Below, one piece after another: positions 24,690-37,330 of a stretch of 64,000 nt of DNA. The stretch spans positions 5,766,001 through 5,830,000 of the forward strand of contig CDPCPM010000164.1 of assembly GCA_976551045.1 (NCBI GenBank). The letters run 5' to 3'. The DNA comes from Glaucostegus cemiculus. Taxonomy: Eukaryota. The stretch's first letter is position 1. Each line of letters begins with the position of its first letter. Below the pieces are notes generated by a model. That model had not been told where the DNA came from, made no database searches, and saw nothing but the letters and a program-made list of their open reading frames with translations. The position numbers were made by a program, and so were the translations under genes.

Positions 24690-25710
24690 CTGCCAGTTAA
24701 ACACTTCTTTCTGCAGTTGAGAATCTGTGCTCCATCCGCTATGGCCACACTGTCCTTGTCCTCCGCTGTCAGGGTGAGGCTAAATGCAAACTAGAGTAAC
24801 AGCACCTCGTATTCCACCTGGGTTGTCTACAACCCAATGGCATGAATACTGATTTCTCCAATTTCAGGTAACGAGCTTCCCCTCTGTCCTTTTCTCTCTC
24901 CTCCTGATCTACTCAGTTCCTCCTCCACCGATCCCAGCTCCCTATCACCTAGTTCCTTTCCCCTTCTCCACCCTCTCCATATGCCCATCACTTAATCAAT
25001 ATTCCCACTCAAGACACAAGAGTCTGCAGATGCTGGAAACCTGAGCAACACCTGGCACTGGGAGGGTCTTGACCCAAAACGTTGACTATCTATTTCCCTA
25101 CATAGATGCTGCCTGACCCACTGACTTCCTCCAATGCCTTTGTGCATTACTTCACCCACTGGGTCTCCTCCCCCTAGAACTATGGCACAATACAGGCCCT
25201 TCGGCCCACCATGTTGTGCCGTCCATCAAACCACACCTCACACTATCTAACCTTTTCCTCCCACATATCCCTCTATTCCACATTCCTCCATATGCCTATC
25301 CAACAATCTCTTGAACCTGTGCAACTGATACCATCTGCCTACCCCACCTCCCTTATTTGGTTCCATGCTCCATCTTCCTTCCCTATCAGATTCCATCACC
25401 CGCAGCCCTTTGTTGTCTCCACTCATCACCTTCCAGCCTCTTATCGCTGTCTCCACCATTCCCTCCTCCACCTGCCTACCACCCCTCCTCACCTTGATCT
25501 ACCTATCCCTTGCCAGCTCTTGCTCCACCCCTTCCCCTCACCTCTTCAACTGACTATCTCCCCTCTATCTTTCTGTCCAGATCAAGGGTCTTGACCCGAA
25601 ATGTCGACTGTCCATTTTCCTCCACAGATGCTGCTTGGCTCGCTGAGTTCCTCTAGTAGTTTGGTTTTTTTTTGCTCCAGACTCCAGCAGCTGCAGTCTC
25701 TTGTGTCTAC
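24690..25710 (+). mobile_element. Penelope-like element 3' end (GIY-YIG C-terminus plus pLTR) with nested pLTR and CR1 insertions
   Basis: EAKCKLE*QHLVFHLGCLQPNGMNTDFSNFR* at ~24775-24871; degenerate hammerhead at ~25575-25610. Confidence 0.8.
25176..25325 (-). mobile_element. Short young CR1 3' end nested in a Penelope pLTR
   Basis: Minus-strand RFKRLLDRHMEECGI, same subfamily as 26801 and 47385. Confidence 0.85.
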
Positions 25711-26765
25711 ATTTTTTCTATAGTTTGGCTCAGAGAGGAATTTTTTTTTCACTTTTAAATGTGTACAAATATCTTCTTAAATATCCCTGGATAAAAACCA
25801 AATTATGTTTGACTGGTTACTTTCAGATAGATATAATTGGATTAACTTTTTCAAAAAGACTTGCTTAGATCATATTAACCAAGGGCCAGACATATCATGA
25901 ATTCAGTCAATCTAGTGTTACAGCTTTCCAGTCACTATGTGGGTGCAGTGCAATTTAATATTTTGCAGTTCAGTTTAAATTTCACAAGGCCAAATCTTTC
26001 TTATTGATCAATCACTGGACCCATTCAACGACAACATTGTATGCTCTTGCAAAACCCTATTGGCTTCAGAGAGTGTTAGTTGGAAGTAACTATTTAACTG
26101 TTGTCGGTTAGTTCCTGAAACTTGTGTAAACAAGACATTGGATTGGTTGAAATGACGGTTTGGATGACTACAGGTCTCAGCTGCTCTAAGTCAAGACAAA
26201 CCGAGATTGTACTTTTTGAAATGAATTTCTGTGGGACATTGTACAACTTCCTGAGACAGCTGAATGTTTGGTAAAGCTGACAGAGCAAACTGGATATTTT
26301 AATACTTCCTAAGTTTGGTCAGTTCACTGAAACCCATTAATAGTTTCTGCAAGGTTCAAATACCATTTTGCAATATCAGATTAAAACTTCTGATTTCCAA
26401 ATTTTCAAAAATGCCTTCCTGAATCTAATTTTAACTTTCTGAAAACACAATGATAAAATCATAGCTTCTTAATTTACATTAGAGCTATAGAGTGCTAATT
26501 ATCTAATTTCTAAAGCACCATAAATGTTTATGAAAGTGATACTTCATTTTAAGCCATTAAATTATTTTTAGTTTTAAATTTTATTTTAAAATAAGGATTC
26601 AACCAGTCCTGTTGCCCTTGCCCCCGGATACTTCTGTCATACTCAGTCCAAAATATTCCTACCTGCTTCAAATGTTATTTGCTTCAATTTCACAAACTCC
26701 TATTTCACCTTCACTCCAGTGCTGTAATGTAGATTGCCATGCTGACTGGCAATAAGTCCCTTCAG

Positions 26766-27643
26766 CAGCATGGTACTGTAGTGGTTAGCATAATGCTTAA
26801 TGAGTTCAAGAGCAGAGAGGTGATGATGCTGCTTTACAAAACTCTAGTTAGGCCGCACTTAGAATATTGTGTTCAGTTCTGGTCGCCGCATTATAGGAAG
26901 GATGTGGAGGCGTTGGAGAGGGTACAGAGGCGATTTACCAGGATGATGCCTGGATTAGAGGGTATGGAATATGAGGAGAGGCTTAAGGTGCTAGGGCTCT
27001 ACTCGTTGGAGAGGAGGAGGATGAGAGGGGACTTGATAGAGGTGTATAAGATATTGAGAGGAATAGATAGAGTTGACAGCCAGCGCCTCTTTCCCAGAGT
27101 ACAGATGCACAAGACAAGAGGGCATGGCTTTAAGATATTGGGTGGAAAGTTTAGGGGGGATGTCAGAAGGAAGTTTTTCACCCAGAGAGTGGTTGGCGCA
27201 TGGAATATGCTGCCTGGGGTGGTAGTAGAGGCAGATACGTTGGACAGGTTCAAGAGATTGTTAGATAGGCACATGGAAGAATGTGGAATAGTAGGATATG
27301 TGGGAGGAAAGAGTTAGATTGTGAGACGTTTGAAGGATGGCTCAACTTGGTGGGCTGAAGGGCCTGTTTTGTGCTGTATTGTCCTATGGTTCTATGGTTA
27401 ACAGCACCAGCGACCCGTATTCAATTCTGGCCATTGTCTGTAAGGAGTTTGTATGTTCTCTCCATGTCTGCGTCGGTTTCCTCCCACATTTCAAAGACGT
27501 ACAGGTTAGGAAGTTGTGGGCATGCTATGTTGGTGCTGGAAGTGTGGCGACACTTGCAGGCAGTCCCCAGAACACTCCACGCAAAAGATGCAGTTCACTG
27601 TGTGTTTCGATGTACATGTGACTAATAAAGCTATCTTATCTTA
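26766..27643 (+). mobile_element. V-domain SINE split by a CR1 insertion
   Basis: Head gcatggtactgtagtggttagcataatgct (26768-26797) resumes as aacagcaccagcgacccg...tcaattc at ~27400 and ends gactaataaagctatcttatctt. Confidence 0.8.
26801..27397 (+). mobile_element. Young 5'-truncated CR1 LINE with stop-free ORF2 C-terminus
   Basis: [38 protein letters not shown]...FFTQRVVGAWN; possible TTAA TSD at 26797-26800 and 27398-27401. Confidence 0.95.
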
Positions 27644-28119
27644 CCTCAAATTAACACCATATCCTTATGTTGGATGAACTTGTGACTGACCCAGATAGAC
27701 CGGAATGAATGGGAGGTCTCATAGCCTTTCTTTCAGTTTGGGGGTGAGACATCATTCAAACCAATCTCTTTGGGGTTGCAAAAAATAAATGGGGGTCAGG
27801 GAGTGGTTTCAAAGCAAATGTGTATGGAAGGTTGTAAACTTAACTGTAAATTATGCTGGGTAATTAACAAGACTTCAATAAGCATAAGACTTTTTAGCAG
27901 GTTTTGGATATTTCCTGGCTGGTGCTCAATATGCTTCTTCACATATCCCACCCTTGTCTTTCAATAATCTCTGTTGGTCCATTTGATGGTAATGGGTAAA
28001 GTCTGAATACAGCAAGACCTTAAAGCTACTAATATTTAAAAGCACCAGAAGGAGCCTTTAACAAACATGGGCAGTTGCACCATAAATTAAATTTAATGGA
28101 AAGAGGAATGTGTCTGAGT

Positions 28120-28340
28120 TTCAGATTCGTATCTGGATTCAGATTGGTTTATTGTTATATACACCAGATTGCAATAAAATTCCTTGCTTGCATGAAGCTC
28201 ACAGAGCGAACGGTGTACATGGTAACAATAAATACAGCGACATGCGTAAAAACAACAGAGTGGTGCAAAGGTGGTAGTACAATCTGAGGTAGTGCAAAAA
28301 GAAATGCTAAAGTGATGGTATATATAAATGTGTATGTAAT
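28120..28340 (-). mobile_element. Rex1-like LINE tail
   Basis: cagattcgtatctggattcagattggtttattgt...tgcaataaaattccttgcttgcatgaagctcacag; related to 55460-55565. Confidence 0.5.
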
Positions 28341-28869
28341 ACTCTAAATAAGCAATCATAGAAAAAGAAACATAAAATTGTCATATTCTGGCAATTAATT
28401 CTGCTAATTACAGCAGTTTATTTGGCAGAAAGTTACTCCAATTTTATTTCTAGGTTTTAGGCAAAGCTTCCCATTGAAGCTTGGAAGAATCAATTTAAAA
28501 CAAATAATCTCCGAATTCTGCGCGCATTAGTTTTGCAGATCCTCTGAAGGTTACTGAATTCTGCTGTTCATATTTGCTGAGATAACTAATCCATGGTGAA
28601 AGTCTCAGCCCCCAATCTAATGATCAAAGTGAATATCCCATTGCATGGAAAGACAATCCCAGTGCAGCAATTACAAGGAAGATGATGTTGTTGGTCTGCA
28701 ATGCCTGTTTTATCCAGTTTTATGCATTTTTAAAATCAAAACCATTGTTCTGTGATTTTCTGACCAGTAAAATCTTTTCCATTCCACAAGAGAAATAATG
28801 CATCTCTTGCTCTTGGAATGCTCCCAATGTGTTTTATGAACAGTTAAGTTCTTTTAAAATTTAGTCATT

Positions 28870-29080
28870 GTTGTGACATAGGAAGTGTAACCTTCAACAT
28901 GCACAACATGATATTTCAAGCAGTAACGTGATAATAACAAGATAATCTGTCTTAGTGACATTGTTTGAGCACAAAAATGTTGCCAAAACATCTGGGACAA
29001 ATTCCTCTGCACTTTCCTGAATCGCTGCTGAGGGATATTTTAGTTTCAACGCTTAGTGTTTCATCCAAATGACGGAAGTG
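28870..29080 (-). mobile_element. Deu-domain SINE fragment
   Basis: cagtaacgtgataataacaagataatctgtcttagtgacattgtttgag...tgttgccaaaacatctggga. Confidence 0.5.
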
Positions 29081-29244
29081 TTAGTGTGTGAAATAAGTAG
29101 ACGAGAAGTGGCAGAGATGGCTTCTGGAGGCCTCCTGCCTCCAATATTGGCAGTGAGCACACTGGTAGATTCATTCCCACAATAACATTCAGCGAGTCAC
29201 AATCAAAGAATCACCAGGTCATTCCTTCCTATTGAAAAATCTCT

Positions 29245-29687
29245 AACTGGATTAGAGGGCATGTGCCATCAGGAGAGGCTGGACAGACTTGGGGTCTTTT
29301 CTCTGGAGTGGTGGATGCTGAGGGAGGGATCTGTTGGAGGTGTATAAAATTATGAGGGGCATAGATAGGGTGGACAAGCAATATCTTTTTCCCATTACTG
29401 AGTGATCCAATACCAGAGGGCATGCATTTAAGGTGAGGGGTTAGGTTCAGAAAAAACGTGAGGGGTAAGGTTTTTTACTCAGACAATGGTTCAGCCTGGA
29501 ATGTGTTGCCTGATAGGGTGGTGGAGGCAAATTCATCGGGGGCTTTTAAGAGGGGCTTGGATGGGTACATGAATGAGAGGAAAATGGAGGGATATGAGCA
29601 TTCTGTAGGTAGGAGGGAATAGCTATGTCGGCACAACATTGTGGGCCAAAGGGCCTGTTCTATGTTGAACTGTTCCATGTTCTATGA
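29245..29687 (+). mobile_element. CR1 LINE 3' end, same subfamily as 1513-2236
   Basis: ctggattagagggcatg...gcctgatagggtggtggaggcaaattcat...tgttccatgttctatg. Confidence 0.9.
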
Positions 29688-31672
29688 TAAATAAAGATGT
29701 TTTCTCCTTTAAGTGTTGATTTCAATGTTGTAGCAAATTCAGATTTCCTGTGCTTGGATGGAGCACATTGAAACATTTGGTAGCATCAGTTTCAAACTCA
29801 ATAATGAAAGAAATGTTAACATTTAAGTTATATAAATTAGCCAGGAGCTTTTCTGCCATGATTGTTGATGGAGCTGAAGGTTTGAAATTAATTTTTTGTG
29901 GAGCTGTTGATAATTCCAGGTCACTTTTGAGACATCACAATAGGCTGCCTGAAAGAGCACATCAGCCAAGGCTTTATCATTTTTCATAGATGTGGACTTC
30001 TGAGATAATGCATGGATTATAGTTTGAGAAAAACCTCACTCTTGGGAGATTTTGGCTCCAAACTGTCCTTGTATAACTATGTTATTTTTGCTGTTTCCTG
30101 CAGAGTGCTGCAGGGAGACAGCTGAAATAAATTTGATCCATTTGAAAATAAGACTCAAGAACAAGTCCTTCAGCACAACCAGTCAACACTGGTTTTTAAT
30201 CTCCTGATGAAAGTAGTCCAAATTTAAGTTCCCATATCCTTTTACACTTCATTTGTTTAATCGCTCATCTCTCCCCTTCTGTTTTCTCTGCTTTAGTCAC
30301 CAACTCAGTTGACAGTCCACTGCCTTCCAACCTGTTTATAAAAAAGTTTCTCTTGGTCAGTCTTCTCCCATTTAATCCTATGCCCCTAGTTTTAGCTGGC
30401 TCAGTTATTGGAAGCAGCCTGGGGCTTCGTTAGGTTGGTCAATGAACCAAGTAATGATGGGGTTGGGTAGCTGAATATCAATGGACTCAACCAAATCAAT
30501 CAAATCAATTGAATTGACAAAATAAAATCAACAGAATCAATAAGATCAATGAAAGTGAAGATCAAAGGGTTTCCACAATGGGTCTGCTTACAAACCACAA
30601 TGAAAGAGAAGAAGGTGACCCATTGATATGCTCCATCTCGTCACTTTATGTTTCTGCAAACCCTTAAGTCAGCTATTCATCTGTTCTGTTGCAATGATCG
30701 TAGCCTCAGTGTTTTAGAGATTCCCCATTGAGGAGAGGAAGGCGTCTGTGCATGCACGGTGGTGTAGCCCAATAACTTGTGATCAATTAATGCCCTGACT
30801 CAATGCAAGGCCATTCGGAGGAGGTCGCTGAGGATAGCTGCGAGACTTGTAGTGGGCACTTCAGAGAAGAGGAAGAAGACTAGAAGATTAATGCAAAAGA
30901 ATTGTTTTGTTGTCTTCGGCAATAAATATGCCAGGAATTCACACTATAAAATGTGTGTCTAAAATTATAAAGCTGTTGGGAGCTGTTCCCACATTCTCCT
31001 GAATTTTACCAATTATATATTTTTAGAAATGTGGAAAAATATAAGGTTTAACATAATATCCAGAGGAGCTTGCTTATAAATCAGATGGAAAATAGAGATC
31101 ATTAATCAGAAAGAAGACAAGTATGCTGAGCTGGCTGAATCTGTAGATTTCAGGCCAGACATCGAGTTCCATGAATAATGATGTGTAAGGGATAAGAGCT
31201 ATCAATGGCCCATTCATTCAACCAAAATACAAATCATCACAGTAGATTTTGACTGGTCTCTAACAGCAATCTGGCCTTTGTTCTATTCTCTATAAATCAG
31301 CACTGAATCACAGTTATAGAGAAAATACTTAAGTTTGGTTTTCTGTTAAAACACACAGAAGGAAACATCTGTCATCTGGGGCCTGATGGCTCATTTAAAG
31401 TGCATACAGTTTATTTGGTTATTTTGTCAATTTTCATTTTGTTCTTTATTTTTTGTCCTGGAGGACCTTATTCTCTCCACAATTTATCCCACTGATCATG
31501 GTGTCGGTAAAAGGAATGGATATGTTGGATACATTACAGAAAGGTATTTGAGATAGTGAGGAAAATGGATTCAAAGGACAATAAGATGTTTTTCTGATGG
31601 TACATTGATAGAGGGATATAGTGTGATGGACTCTGAGTTAATAAACATTGGTCAGGCTATTTTGAGTCTTTG

Positions 31673-31803
31673 GAGACACAAGAGGATGCAGATGTAGGAA
31701 TCTGGAGCAAAAACAAACTGCTGGAGGAACTCAAAGGGTCAGGCAGCATCTGTGGAGGCAGAGGGATGGTTGATGTTTTGGGTCAAGATCCTGCATCGGG
31801 ATT
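31673..31803 (-). mobile_element. Penelope pLTR fragment ending at a degenerate hammerhead
   Basis: gagacacaagaggatgcagatg...ctgctggaggaactc...gatgttttgggtcaagatcctgcatcggga. Confidence 0.75.
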
Positions 31804-31842
31804 CATGCATCAGTTTTTTGTTTGTTATTTAGATTATATGAC

Positions 31843-32772
31843 TATAAGACATAGGAGCAGAATTAGGCCATTTGGCCCATTGAGTCTGCTCTGCCATTTG
31901 ATCATGGCTGATTTATTATTCCCTCTCAACCCCATCCTCCTGCCTTCTCCCTGTAACCTTCCATGCCCTTACTAACCAAGAATATATCAATCTCCACTTC
32001 AATTATACCCAATGACTTGGACTCCACAAGGTGTCTGTGGCAATGAATTCCACAGATTCACCACCCTCTGACTAAAGAAATTCTTTCTCATCTCTGTTCT
32101 AAGGGGATGTCCTTCTATTCTGAGGCCATGCCCTCTGGTACTAGACTCTCGCACTGCTGGAAACATCCTCTCCACATCCACTCTATCCAGGCCTTTCAAT
32201 ATTTGGTAAGTTTCAATGAGATTCCCCCCTCATCCTTCTAAATTCCAGCGAATACAGGCCCAGAACCATCAACTGCTCCTCATGTGTTAACCCTTTCATT
32301 CCCAGGATCATTCTTGTGAAACTCTTCTGGACTCTCTCCAATGCCAGTACATCCTTGCTTAGATATGTGGCCCAAAACTGCTCACAATACTCCAAATGTG
32401 GTCTGACCAAAGCCTTATAAAGCCTCAGCATTACATCCTTGCTTTTATATTCTAGTCTTCTCGAAATGAATGCTGACATTGCATTTGGTTTCCTTACTAC
32501 TGACTCAACCTGCAAGTTAACCTTTAGGGAATCCTGCACTATCCCTTTGCACCTCTGATTTCTGAATCCACTCCCCATTTAGAAAATTAGACTATGCCTT
32601 TATTCCATCTACCAAAATGCATGACTGCACACTTCCCTACACTGTATTCCATCTGCCACTTCTTTGCCCATTCTCCCAACCTGTCCAAGTCCTTCTGCAG
32701 ACTCCCTGCTTCCTCAACACTACCCGGCCCTCCACCTATCTTTATATCATCCGCAAACTTGGCCACAAAGCC
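31843..32772 (-). mobile_element. CR1 LINE (RT C-terminus to 3' end, internally deleted)
   Basis: Minus ORFs LYKALVRPHLEYCEQFW and RKNFFSQRVVNLWNSLP. Confidence 0.93.
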
Positions 32773-33279
32773 CTCACTTGAGTCCTTTCCGAATTCTGAA
32801 ATGCAGACTTTCAGATCCTTTCTATCTTACCATGCTTTGTTTATTACACCTACAACTATATTGATATTTTAGGGACACTTTTGGCTGCTTTGTTACTTCT
32901 TGCAATGATCTAAAATTTAAAAAAACTTAAAAAAAAAAAGAAAATGTTTTCTCGAGATCTCAGACTGTTGACTCAAGCGGTTGTGCATTTGTTGTATTGT
33001 TATATTGAGCTTAGTTCCTGCAGGGATATTACCAGATATTGCAAGATTTCCGTGGAGAGGTGTTTATCCTTGAGGTGCTGTATGAAAATTAATATTTAAA
33101 CATGGTAAATTTATAGGAAATTCTCTTCTCAGCTATTTTTTAGAAAGGAACTAACTCACAGCTTCACATTTTAGAAGCAGCAAAGGAATTTAAAACGGAT
33201 AAAAATGGGAGATGCATTTTGTTATTGCACTAATAGTCTTGCTTATGGTATTAACTGGACAGATATATATGCATTTATG

Positions 33280-33710
33280 CATCTCTGAGGAAAGATTTGA
33301 TAGGCTGGTTTTGTTTTCCTTGGAACAGAAGACTCTCAGGGGACACCTGAAAGGGATATTCAAGATTATGGTTATGGATAGAGTTGATAGTATGACACTT
33401 TTCCACATAGCAAAGGTGTCTAAAAATAGAAGGCAGAGGTCTCAGGTAAGATGTAAAACGTTTAGAGGGGTTGTGAGGAGAATGTTTTTTCACTGTGGTT
33501 GGAATCTGGAACGCACTGCCTGAGGGGGAGGTTGAGACAGTTGCTCCCACAACATTTGAGAAATATTGAGAGGAACGCTCGACTCTCCAAGGTGTAGAAG
33601 GCTATGGAACAAGTGCTGGTAAATGAGATTAGTACAGGTGGTTCTTCGATGTTTGGCATGGACACGATGGGCTGAAGGGCCGGTTTCTCTCCTGTATCAC
33701 CTGATAACTC
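33280..33710 (+). mobile_element. CR1 LINE 3' end
   Basis: LFSLEQKTLRGHLKGIFKIM; tail gggctgaagggccggtttct. Confidence 0.85.
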
Positions 33711-33946
33711 ATTGATTTTTCACTTTCTGATGAAATATGTGGCAAATATTGCTGTTTGTGATCAGACATTTGAAATGCCAAAGAACAATAATGTTAAAAA
33801 CAATGGTCATCATTTAGTTCAGATTACACAATTTCTATGAATATTTCACAATATGTTTAATGATTCACATCATGAAGATAGCTGGAGTGTTGGAGCCTCC
33901 ACTGGACCATGAGTTTATTAACAAAAAGAGAAACAGCTTGTGTTTA

Positions 33947-34255
33947 TAGAGCCATACAGCATGGAAACAGGCCATTTGGCCAACCACATCCATGGGGACT
34001 AGTGGTATTGACCCTTATTAGTCCTGTCTTCCAGCACTTGGCCTGTCGCCTTCTATCCCCAGGCAATGCTCGTCTAGACACTTCCTGAATGTTGTCAGCA
34101 AATCCACATCCACCACTCTCTCAGGCAGCGTATTCCAGGTACTCGCTGCTTTCTAGGTGAAAAAGGCCTCCTTCAGACCCCCTTAGAATCCCTTACCCCA
34201 CCCTTAAAATCTCTTACCCCTTACTATAAATCTATATCCTCTAGTTTTATCCTCT
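33947..34255 (-). mobile_element. CR1 LINE 3' end
   Basis: tagagccatacagcatggaaacaggcc...tctcaggcagcgtattccagg. Confidence 0.8.
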
Positions 34256-34274
34256 CCAGGTCTTCAGGACAGTG

Positions 34275-34600
34275 CAAAGTCTTTCCCAGAAAATGAATCA
34301 TTTTTACCAATGTAAGACAACATCCTTAGCACAGTAAAATGCCATAAATATTAATGAGATAGATAAGCCAATCTATTTTGCTGATGTGGATTGAGAAAGA
34401 AAATGTTGGCTTCATAGTCGGGAGAACTCCCTTGCTTGTCTGAAAATAGTTCCATTGGTTTTATTTAAGGCCAGTTGAACAGGCAGTTTAACACCACACA
34501 GAAGGGACTGCCTGTACTGCCTCAGTGCTCCACTGAGATGCTGCCTTTCTTGAGTCGAGTGTGTGCCTGTGGCCTCTGCTCTCGGAGCTAAGTTTTACAC
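34275..34600 (-). mobile_element. Deu-domain SINE, decayed
   Basis: gatgtggattgagaaagaaaatgttggc...gggagaactcccttgc...aaatagttccattgg...cctcagtgctccactgag. Confidence 0.5.
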
Positions 34601-34728
34601 AGAACTGGAAGGGTGTTACTCAGGCTGAAGAGGTTTCCAAAGCAAGAAGGTACAGCAGCAACTGCTGCAGGTCTAAGAAATTGTCCCACAATCTATTAAA
34701 ATCTTGGGATCTGAGAAAATAGAGGCAT

Positions 34729-35095
34729 CGAGTCATGGAGCAATGCGGCATGGATACAGGACCTTCAGCCCAACAAGTCCATGCCAACCACAGTGTCCAC
34801 CCAGCTAGTCCTAATTTTCTGCATTCGGCTCATATCCCCTTAAACCTCACCCCTCCATGTACCAATACAAGTGCTTCTTAAATGATACTCTTGTACCTGC
34901 CTCAACCGCTTCCTCTGACAGCTCATTCCATCTGCTCACCACCCTCTGTGTGAAAAAGTTGCCTCTCAGGTTCCTTTTAAATCTTTCCCCTCTCAGCCTA
35001 AATCTACACCCCTAAGTTTTGGACTCCCCTACCCTGGGGAAAAGACTGTTACCATCCATGTTATCTATACCTCTCACAATTTTAAAGACTTCTTT
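34729..35095 (-). mobile_element. CR1 LINE 3' end, same subfamily as the insert at 42036-43040
   Basis: gagtcatggagcaat...cccagctagtcc...ccaccctctgtgtgaaaaagttgcc. Confidence 0.88.
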
Positions 35096-35974
35096 AAAAT
35101 CTTCAGAATAATAACATGGATATACCTTACATATAAGTAGTAGTTAAGCAAGATATCTAGTTTCACAGTATATCTTTCTTTCCATTAGGGGCTCTATACT
35201 GTGTAAAAATTTCTGTTTCTCTATTCTTTAGTTCAAGTCCTTAAAAACCTTCTGGAGAATTAATGAGGTTCTGGGTATCATCTCGCATGGGCATCACAAT
35301 TAGAATATGATATGATGACTTTGTACTGAGGCACAATCAATCTTCCTTGCTCAAGATTGTTGTCATTTGTGAATCTGGCCTACGAAAGTTATGTGGCTTG
35401 CTTCTCACGACACTTCCATGTCTTATTGCCAGCCAGAACAAGCCAGAGTGAAGTAAAATTTTATTCCTGCGTGAAGCAGTTGTCCAAGGGGCAGTTTTTC
35501 TATTTATTTTAATCAGCAATGCTTTCACAATACTCTTTTTAGTAAAGACGGGATTGTCTTATATTTCTGGGTGCTTCCTCAGAGATATTATAGTCTCTCA
35601 CAGGGCTTTTGAAATTCAAAGCAACGTACAAGTGCTGACCCATGCATGATGGAGAAGCCACTGTCACTGAGGAATGTTTCAGCACTTGGGAGCTGAGCTG
35701 GACCATGACATTAGCAGAGAAAAGGGCAAGAAGTCACTGCCTGTAATTTATGGTGCTCATGTGACCAACCATTCAGCTGGTCTTGTTAGGGCAGCACTTT
35801 GCCATGAAATGTAAACCAGAGACCCTGGTTGGTAAGTGGAAACTTGTGGCAACAACTGTTTTGTTTCTTTCTTCCCTCTTTGACGACCATAGCCTGATTT
35901 GCTGCAGAAGTATGCAGTTATTATATAAAAGGCAACCTTTCCACTGTATGTTTTTTCATCCATGGATTTAGGTA

Positions 35975-36260
35975 CAGGGTAAAGGGCAAGGGATTTTGCA
36001 GGGATCAGGACAGGAACTTTTTCACCAAGAGGATGATTAGAATCTGGAACACACTGGGTGGAGGCAAAGACTTTCCAGACACTTAAGTATCTAGACAAGC
36101 ACTTGAATCCCCAAGGTCTAGTTGGCTACCGACCAAGTGCTGGTAAATGGGATTAGTGCAGATGTGTCGATTGGTTGAGAAGTGTGGATAATGTGCTTGA
36201 TGGTCAGCATTAACATGATGGGCTGAAGGGCCTCCTTCTGTGCTGTATGACTCGATGACT
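35975..36260 (+). mobile_element. CR1 LINE 3' end
   Basis: aactttttcaccaagagg...tctggaacacactg...gggctgaagggcctccttctgtgctgtatgact. Confidence 0.8.
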
Positions 36261-36654
36261 GCTATCTTTTTTTCCTGTTTGTTTATTTTTTGGGGGATCC
36301 TTAATGGCCTTTGAGAAGGTGGTGGTGAACTGCCTCCTTGGACTGCTGTTGTCCTTTTGGTGCTGTTGGGACAGCAGTAGCCATCTCCTTCATTCCCATA
36401 ATGTTTGAGAGATGACCCATGGCTAGGTAGTTTCAAGATTGATGAAAAACCTTGGGATGAGCATTGGGAGAAGGTACAAAGGATGAAGGACTTCAGTTCT
36501 GTGGAGTGACCAATGAAACTTGATAATTGTCCATAGAGTAGAGATGGCCAAGAGGAGATTGAACAGAGATGTTCAAACTTATGAAGGATTTTGAAATGAG
36601 AGGAAACTATTCACCTGGCTATGTGACAGAAGACAGAGTAAGGCTAAGGGAGAA

Positions 36655-36890
36655 ACACACACAAAATGTTGGACAAACTCAGCAGGTCAGGCAGTACCTA
36701 TTGGTGTGGAATGAACAGTAGAAGTTTCAGGCTGAGACCCTTCATCATGTCCAGGACACGGTGAAGGGTCTTGGCCTGAAATGTCAACTATTCATTTCCC
36801 TCCAATAGATGCTGCCTGACCTCTGAGTTCCTCCAGCATTTTGTGTGTGTGCTGCTCCAGATTTCCAGCATCTACATTCTCTCTCATGTA
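36655..36890. mobile_element. Fold-back pair of Penelope pLTR ends joined at their hammerhead ends
   Basis: Arms 36655-36752 and 36754-36850 are imperfect reverse complements around the axis tgtcc-a-ggaca. Confidence 0.85.
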
Positions 36891-36919
36891 AAGATAAGGG
36901 ATATTTTTAACTCAATTTT

Positions 36920-37330
36920 TAGGAACCTGGGCCAGCATTTATTGTCCATACCTAACTGGTCATGGGAAGGTAATGGGAAGCCATTGTACCCTGAACTGGT
37001 GCAGACCCTCTGGTGTTGTTGGGTGAGGAGTTCCAAAATTTAGACTCAGTGACGATGAAGGAAAAGTGATATATTTCCAAGAGGTTAGTGTGTGACTTGG
37101 AGAAGATCCTACAGATCATGGAATTCCTCTGTGCCTGTGGTCCTCATCCTTCTTGGTGGTGGAGGTCATAGATATGGGAGGCTTTATTGGGGTAGCTCAG
37201 GTAAGTGACCACAGAGTATGTTGTAAATGGTACACACTGCAGTCAGTGTTCTGGGGATGGAGCAAAAGAACGTTTAGAGTGGTTGATGAGGTGTCAATCA
37301 AGTGGATGGCTTTGACGAGTTTCTTGAGTT
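36920..37330 (-). mobile_element. LINE family B 3' region (another piece at 36270-36440)
   Basis: ggccagcatttattgtccatacctaa...gagttccaaaattt...gtgacgatgaaggaaaagtgatatatttccaa. Confidence 0.6.

Noticed and set aside
26739-27317. 192-aa ORF as a host gene
   Set aside because: It is a chimera of flank, SINE head and CR1 ORF2 C-terminus
36718-36790. Active hammerheads in the fold-back (also the copies at 16228, 25575, 31770, 52050 and 53803)
   Set aside because: Core CUGAUGA/GAAA, helix II or cleavage-site bases are mutated; treated as relics
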